A DNA stretch of 64,000 nucleotides from Octopus vulgaris. Lineage: Eukaryota. Below are positions 55,189 through 64,000 of this stretch, one piece after another. The notes under the pieces were generated by a model that was not told the DNA's origin, ran no database searches, and saw only the letters and a list, made by a program, of their open reading frames with translations. The stretch is from NCBI GenBank assembly GCA_951406725.2, contig OX597817.1, positions 128,526,001 through 128,590,000 on the forward strand, given 5' to 3'. The number at the start of each line of letters is the position of its first letter. The stretch's first letter is position 1. The position numbers and the translations under genes are program-made.

Positions 55189-55989
55189 CAGCAGAGGGAA
55201 GACAGAAAGCATTTGAGCGTTTTTGACAATTCTAACTGGCGCCAATGTCACGGTCGAAGTCAATCTATTAAGTGAAGGTATTTTCTTGATTTGGTAATCC
55301 TCCTGCGATTCCTGCCCTCGTTGTTGTTGCTGTTGTTGTTGTTGTTGTTGTTGTTGTGACTGATGCTGATGGCGATGTTGGCTTGGGTATTCCTGAAGTT
55401 GCAACTGTTGGTCTTGCTGCTGCAGCAGCTGCTGTTGTTGCTGTTGTTGTTGTTGTTGGTCTTGTTCTTGGTGCTGCTGATAGGACGGTGCATTCGTGTG
55501 CAGAGGATAGCTGTTGCCGCTTATTAACAACAATTGCTGCTGCTGTTGCTCATGCTGCTGCTGTTGCTCATGCTGCTGCTGTTGTTGTTGTTGCTGCTGC
55601 TGCTGTTGTTGTTGTTGTTGTTGCTGCTGCTGTTGTTGCTGCTGTTGCTTTTGCTGTTGTTGCTGTTGCTGCTGTTGCGAAAGTTGGTTTGCACAAGTAT
55701 AACTATTTCCACTTATTAATAATAATTGCTGTTGTTGTTGTTGTTGTTGTTGATGCTGCTCCTCTTGTTGCTGCTGAAGTTGTTGCTGATGCTGTTGTTG
55801 CTGCTGTTGTTGCTGTTGCTGTTGTTGCTGCTGTTGTTGTTGTTGTTGCTGCTGTATTTGTGCAACGGTCACCGCAGCAGCAGCTGCTGCAGACGTGTTT
55901 AGTAAAATGCAGGTCGGCGTTGTGAAACCGCATCCAGCTGCATCGAAGCTGACCGGAATGGAAACAAGACCGAGAGCCGTGGACGACAT
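54208..55989 (-). CDS. ascl1: Achaete-scute family (ASCL1/ASH-like) proneural bHLH transcription factor, single exon, 593 aa with polyQ/polyN tracts
   Basis: Uninterrupted ATG-to-TAA ORF. b[59 protein letters not shown]; upstream [11 protein letters not shown] resembles ASCL1 ELMRCKRRLNF; Ser/Pro-rich linker and acidic tail [13 protein letters not shown] resemble the ASC C-terminal motif. The symbol denotes family likeness, not proven orthology. Confidence 0.93.
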
Positions 55990-56233
55990 TGCTGGAAATG
56001 GCAGTAGTAGCAGCAGCAGCAGTAGTAGTAGTAGTCGCAGTAGTAGTAGTAGATGTAGTTGTAGTAGTAGTAGTAGTAGTAGTAGTAAAATCTTGCCGTT
56101 ATAATCACTGTTGCTTTTGTTGTGGATGCTGGCGTCGTTGCTCTAACACTAATCGAAGATATAATCAACAGAAGCAATAATACTACTACTAGTAGTAGTA
56201 GTAGTAGTAGTAGTAGCAGCAGCAGCAGCAGCA

Positions 56234-56294
<61 letters not shown>

Positions 56295-56939
56295 CTGTTG
56301 TTGTTGTTGTAGTGGTGGTGGTGATAGTAGTGGTGGTGGTGTGTTCTTCAACCATCCGCTGACCACTGTCTATCTGTCTGACTCTCGCTCTCTCCCTGAT
56401 CACACCTATACGCATACGCACAATGTCACCCTCTGGGCCAGAACACACAAGCGCACGCACGCACTCACTCTCGGGCGCGCGCACTCACACGCACGCACGC
56501 ACCGTCTCTACCTTCCTCACCCGCACGCTCTCTTACATAGACATACACACACACACATAATACGCGCACACACTAAGGTCCCTCCCTTTCTCTCTCTCTC
56601 CCTTTCGCATACAATCACTCACACACACACACACACCCACATACACATACACACACACATACACACACATATACACAACAATTGACTCACTGGTTGGTCC
56701 GCAGAGAAAACGGCTATGTAGCTGGCTGGCTGGCTGGCTTGGCTGGCGTGCAGGCTTGTTAGCTGCTGGTAAAAAGGTACAACGACACCGCACAGCACAA
56801 CCTCACCCCAGTGGACAAGACGATAAACAGAAGACAATGAAACAGGGAGCCTCTACCTGGTTCATTCAAACGGGTAGAAATAGTAGTTAAATGCCCTTTA
56901 ATCTCAATATGATATATATATATATATAAACTTAAAATG

Positions 56940-57440
56940 TGTGGTGGTTGTGGTGATGACTGTCGTTGTGATGGGGATAACGATGGCGGTGGTTGTGGTA
57001 ATAATGGTGGTGATAATAGAGGCAGGGATGGTGATGGTGATGGTGGCTCTAGTTGTGATAGTGGTGGTGGTGGTGGCGGTGGCGATGGTGATGGTGGGGT
57101 ATTGATGATGATGATGATGATGATGATGATAGCGGTAGTGGTGGTGGTGGTGGTAGTGGTGGTGGTGGTAGTGGTGGTAATGATGGTGGTTGTGATGGTG
57201 GTAGTCGTGGTGGTGATGGTGGTGGTGGTGGTGGTGGTGGTGGTGGTGGTGGCGGTGGCGATGGTGATGGTGGGGTATTGATGGTGATGATGATAGCGGT
57301 AGTGGTGGTGGTGGTGGTGGTGGTAGTGGTGGTGATGGCAGTGGTGGTAATGATGGTGGTTGTGGTGGTTGTGGTTGTGATGGTGGTAGTGATGGTGGTG
57401 GTGGTGGTGGTGGTGGTGGTGGTGGTGGTGGTGGTGGTGG
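56940..57440. repeat. (GGT)n-rich tract with internal ~175-bp duplication, upstream of the ASCL gene
   Basis: GGCGGTGGCGATGGTGATGGTGGGGTATTGATG occurs near 57075 and 57251. Confidence 0.9.
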
Positions 57441-58119
57441 AGTTTGTGGCGGCTTCAAGAATGTAAGTTGATGAGGACATTCACGCACGCACAATGTCTG
57501 CTGGAAGAAAAACGAAACAAAAAAATAGAGAAATAAATAAATAAATAAATACGAAATTAATTTTTAAAAATCGATATAAAAAAATTAAAACGATGTGATG
57601 GTCATGGCCGCAACGTATTTTATTAACAGGTCTCTCTCCCTTTTCTCTCTCAATCTCCCTCTCCCTTCCTCTATCTCGGATGGCTACTCAAAGAGATTTG
57701 TCTTAAACTTTACAACAACGGACAAAGAATAGTTTGGATGAGTTACAGACATATAGAAACAAACTTACAAATGTTCCCTCCTTCCTTCCTTCCTTTTCCT
57801 TTCTTCCTTTTTTCCTTCCTCCCTTAACTTTCTTTTTCACTCATTCTTTCATTCTTTCTTTCGTTTTCATTCATTCTTTCGTGTATTCTTACTTCTTTAC
57901 TTACTTCTTCCCTTTATTTTCCTCCAAAGTCTTTCACCGTTTTTCTGTCCTTCTTTCATTCTTTTCTCAATCTTCTTTCTTCCTAGATTTTTTTCTTTCT
58001 TTTTCATTCATTCTGTCTTTCTTTCATTATTTCATTCTTTCTTCCTCCTATGTTCTGTTGCCACTTTTTGCGTTCGTTCCTTCACTCTTTCATTCCTTCT
58101 TGCCTTCTTGCCTCATTTC

Positions 58120-58694
58120 CTTCCTTCCTTCCTTTCATCTTTCCTTCCTTCTATCTTTCATTTTCTCCAGCTTTCCTTCCATGTTTCTGTCCTCTCCTCA
58201 TTTCTTTCTTCCTTCTTCCCATTCGTTCCTTGCAACCTTCCTTCCTCATTTCATTTATTCCTTCGTTTCTTCGTTCCTCACTTCATTCATACTTACCTTC
58301 TTTCCTTCCTTCCTTCCTTCCTTCCGTCCTTTCATCTTTCCTTCCTTCTATCTTTCATTCTCTCCAGCTTTCCTTCCATATTTCTGTCCTCTCCTCATTT
58401 CTTTCCTCCTTCTTCCCATTCGTTCTTTGCAACCTTCCTTCCTTACTTCATTTATTCCTTCGTTTCTTCGTTCCTTCCTTCATTCATACTTACCTTCCTT
58501 CATTCATACTTACCTTCTTTCCTTCCTTCCTTCCTTTCATCTTACCTTCCTTCTATCTTTCATTCTCTTCAGCTTTCCTTCCATGTTTCTGTCCTCTCCT
58601 CATTTCTTTCCTCCTACTTCCCATTCGTTCCTTGCAACCTTCCTTCCTTACTTCATTTATTCCTTCGTTTCTTCGTTCCTTCCTTCATTCATAC
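58120..58694. repeat. Polypyrimidine minisatellite, about three copies of a ~185-200 bp unit, running into a gap
   Basis: CAGCTTTCCTTCCAT.TTTCTGTCCTCTCCTCATTTC recurs near 58168, 58365 and 58570. Confidence 0.9.
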
Positions 58695-58794
58695 NNNNNN
58701 NNNNNNNNNNNNNNNNNNNNNNNNNNNNNNNNNNNNNNNNNNNNNNNNNNNNNNNNNNNNNNNNNNNNNNNNNNNNNNNNNNNNNNNNNNNNNN
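58695..58794. other. Assembly gap (100 N)
   Basis: Run of exactly 100 N, a usual placeholder for unknown size. Confidence 0.99.
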
Positions 58795-58921
58795 ATTTAA
58801 ATATATTATATGTTATGAGTTAGAAAACATAATAAATGCACAAACAAACGGGAAACAGACATAGATGGTCACCAACTCCTCATCATTGGGTCAATCGCAA
58901 TTTTAAGCCTCTATATTCTTT

Positions 58922-59900
58922 TATTCTTTCATACGTTTCACTTCTTTGACTGTGATCATGATGGAGCACCGCCTTAAAGGGCTTTGGCCGAAGATACCCG
59001 ACCCAAGGACTTATTCTAATAATCTCTTTCGCCGAAGCGCTAAGTTACGGGTATATAAACACACCAACATCGGTTGTCAAGTTATGGTGGTGGTGGGAAA
59101 AAATAGACACAAAGACAGACACGCATAAATATATATACACATACAAATACACGAGGGGTTGATTGGCGTTTCCACCTATCAAATCCACTCACAAGGTTTT
59201 GGTCGGCCCGACGCTATAGTAGAAGATACTTGCCCAAGGTACCACACAGGGAGACTGAACCCGGAACCATGTGGCTGGGAAGCAAGCTTCTTACCACACA
59301 TATACATACTCGCGCATATATATATCTATGAGTGTGTGAGTATTTTTGCCTTGGTTCGTCCCCAATCACTGCTTGGCCATCGTTGTTGGTGTGCCTGTCT
59401 CCTGCCAATGAGCTTGGACAAAACAGAACGATAAGATATACTCTTTAACTCTTTTACTCTTTTACTTGTTTCAGTCATTTGACTGAGGCCATGCTGGAGC
59501 ACCGCCTTTAGTCGAGCAAATCGACCCCGGAACTTATTCTTTGTAAGCCCAGTACTTATTCTATCGGTCTCTTTTGCCGAACCGCTAAGTGACGGGGACG
59601 TAAACACACCAGCATCGGTTGTCAAGCAATGCTAGGGGGACAAACACAGACACACAAACACATACACACAAATACACACACACACATACGTATATATACA
59701 TATATATATACATATATATACGACAGCCTTCTTTCAGTTTCCATCTACCAAATCCACTCACAAGGCGTTGGTCGGCCCGGGGCTATAGCAGAAGACACGT
59801 TTTTAAAAAATATGTGCAGAGCTCGGTTTGTGTGGCTAAAATTCTTCAAGTCGGTGCTCCAGCATGGCCACAGTCTACTGCCTGAAAAAAAGTAAAAGGT
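58922..59900 (-). mobile_element. Cluster of family-B SINEs (about 58922-59297 and 59440-59797 minus; inverted tail fragment about 59835-59900)
   Basis: Repeated CTACCAAATCCACTCACAAGG...GGTCGGCCC and ACGGGGACGTAAACACACCAGCATCGGTTGTCAAG motifs. Confidence 0.85.
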
Positions 59901-60269
59901 ACAAGATCCATGCATCCATGCATCCATACATACAGTCAGGCAGGCAGGCGGGCAGGCGGACGTAATATAATCAATGAACGATGGTCAGGAAAAATGTGAG
60001 AGATAGGACACCGTCGAGAAGAAAAGGAAGAAGAAAAGAAGGAAAGAATGAGTGAAAAAAATAATTACAGAGAAAAAGAAAGAAATGAAAATAGAGACAA
60101 AGCGAAGGAAAGGGTAAGCTGTTGAAAAAATAGGTCGCTGCGCTGTGTTTGTGGGACATCATTCAAATAATTCAACCTGTTTATATACTTTTGGTATAAA
60201 AGCATAGGTTAAGATATAGCTGCCTTGTTGTATGTGTGCGTGTGCGTGTGTGCGTGTGTGTGTGTGTCT

Positions 60270-63590
<3,321 letters not shown>

Positions 63591-63788
63591 AAAAAGTCAG
63601 TAGAAAATGCTAAAATAATCATATAAAAAACATTTCAGTACCGGTTTCAGTCATTGAGACTTTTTCAACTGTAAGTCTGCACTTTGACTTTTTTCCATAT
63701 ATATCAACTCGTGTGTTCCTTTTAAACCTTCTACACACACACACATATGTATATGTATGTGTATATATATATATAATGCATGTATATA

Positions 63789-64000
63789 CAGAGCTGGGCG
63801 TAAGTCCGTTAATCTGTTAATCGTCAATTAACGAAGTTAACATTTTCATTAAAGAATTAACTTTTAAGTTAACTTTGAAAATCATTATCCGACTAATTTA
63901 CTTCTGTTACATTTAGCTTCCGTTAATTTAAGTGTTAACTCAAAACTCGTCTGCCACAGCTTCTTGGTCGTCGCAGTTTTGGCTCCTTGGTCGACGCAGT
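63789..64000 (+). mobile_element. Left end of a probable hAT-like DNA transposon
   Basis: Starts CAGAGCTGGGC, followed by dense subterminal GTTAAC/TTAAC/GTTAAT motifs; the other end is not in the window. Confidence 0.5.

Noticed and set aside
54356-56685. Antisense and alternate-frame ORFs over the ASCL gene
   Set aside because: Shadows of trinucleotide repeats.
56400-56900. Hairy/HES site expected upstream of proneural genes
   Set aside because: No CACGCG found; one CACAAG inside CA-rich sequence is chance-level.
57734-58864. 376-aa F/S/L/P-rich ORF
   Set aside because: Polypyrimidine minisatellite read through an N gap; no domain.

Overview
Eukaryotic, AT-rich, very microsatellite-dense genomic DNA. 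The SINE families, the (TA)n/(TACA)n/(TTA)n load and the gene content suggest a coleoid cephalopod, probably Octopus; this is inferred from pattern recognition, not a database search. One host gene is supported: an intronless achaete-scute-family (ASCL1/ASH-like) proneural bHLH gene on the minus strand (54208-55989) with very long polyQ/polyN tracts, in an otherwise gene-empty 64 kb. The rest is repeats: at least four tRNA-type SINE families (one as a recurrent dimer), decayed R4/Dong-clade LINEs next to (TAA)n, a CR1/L2-type RT remnant, a ~3.2 kb deleted Helitron with PIF1 helicase and both candidate termini, mariner and hAT MITEs, and a 100-N gap. The most notable signal is a set of short elements that end in (TA)n, often carry an inverted copy of their own terminus (fold-back, Penelope-like architecture) and hold hammerhead-ribozyme-like cores of several sequence families. 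One family instead carries a different covarying structured motif at the equivalent position, which I do not recognise. Most ORFs in the supplied track are microsatellite translations. Repeat boundaries were read by eye and may be off by several bases.
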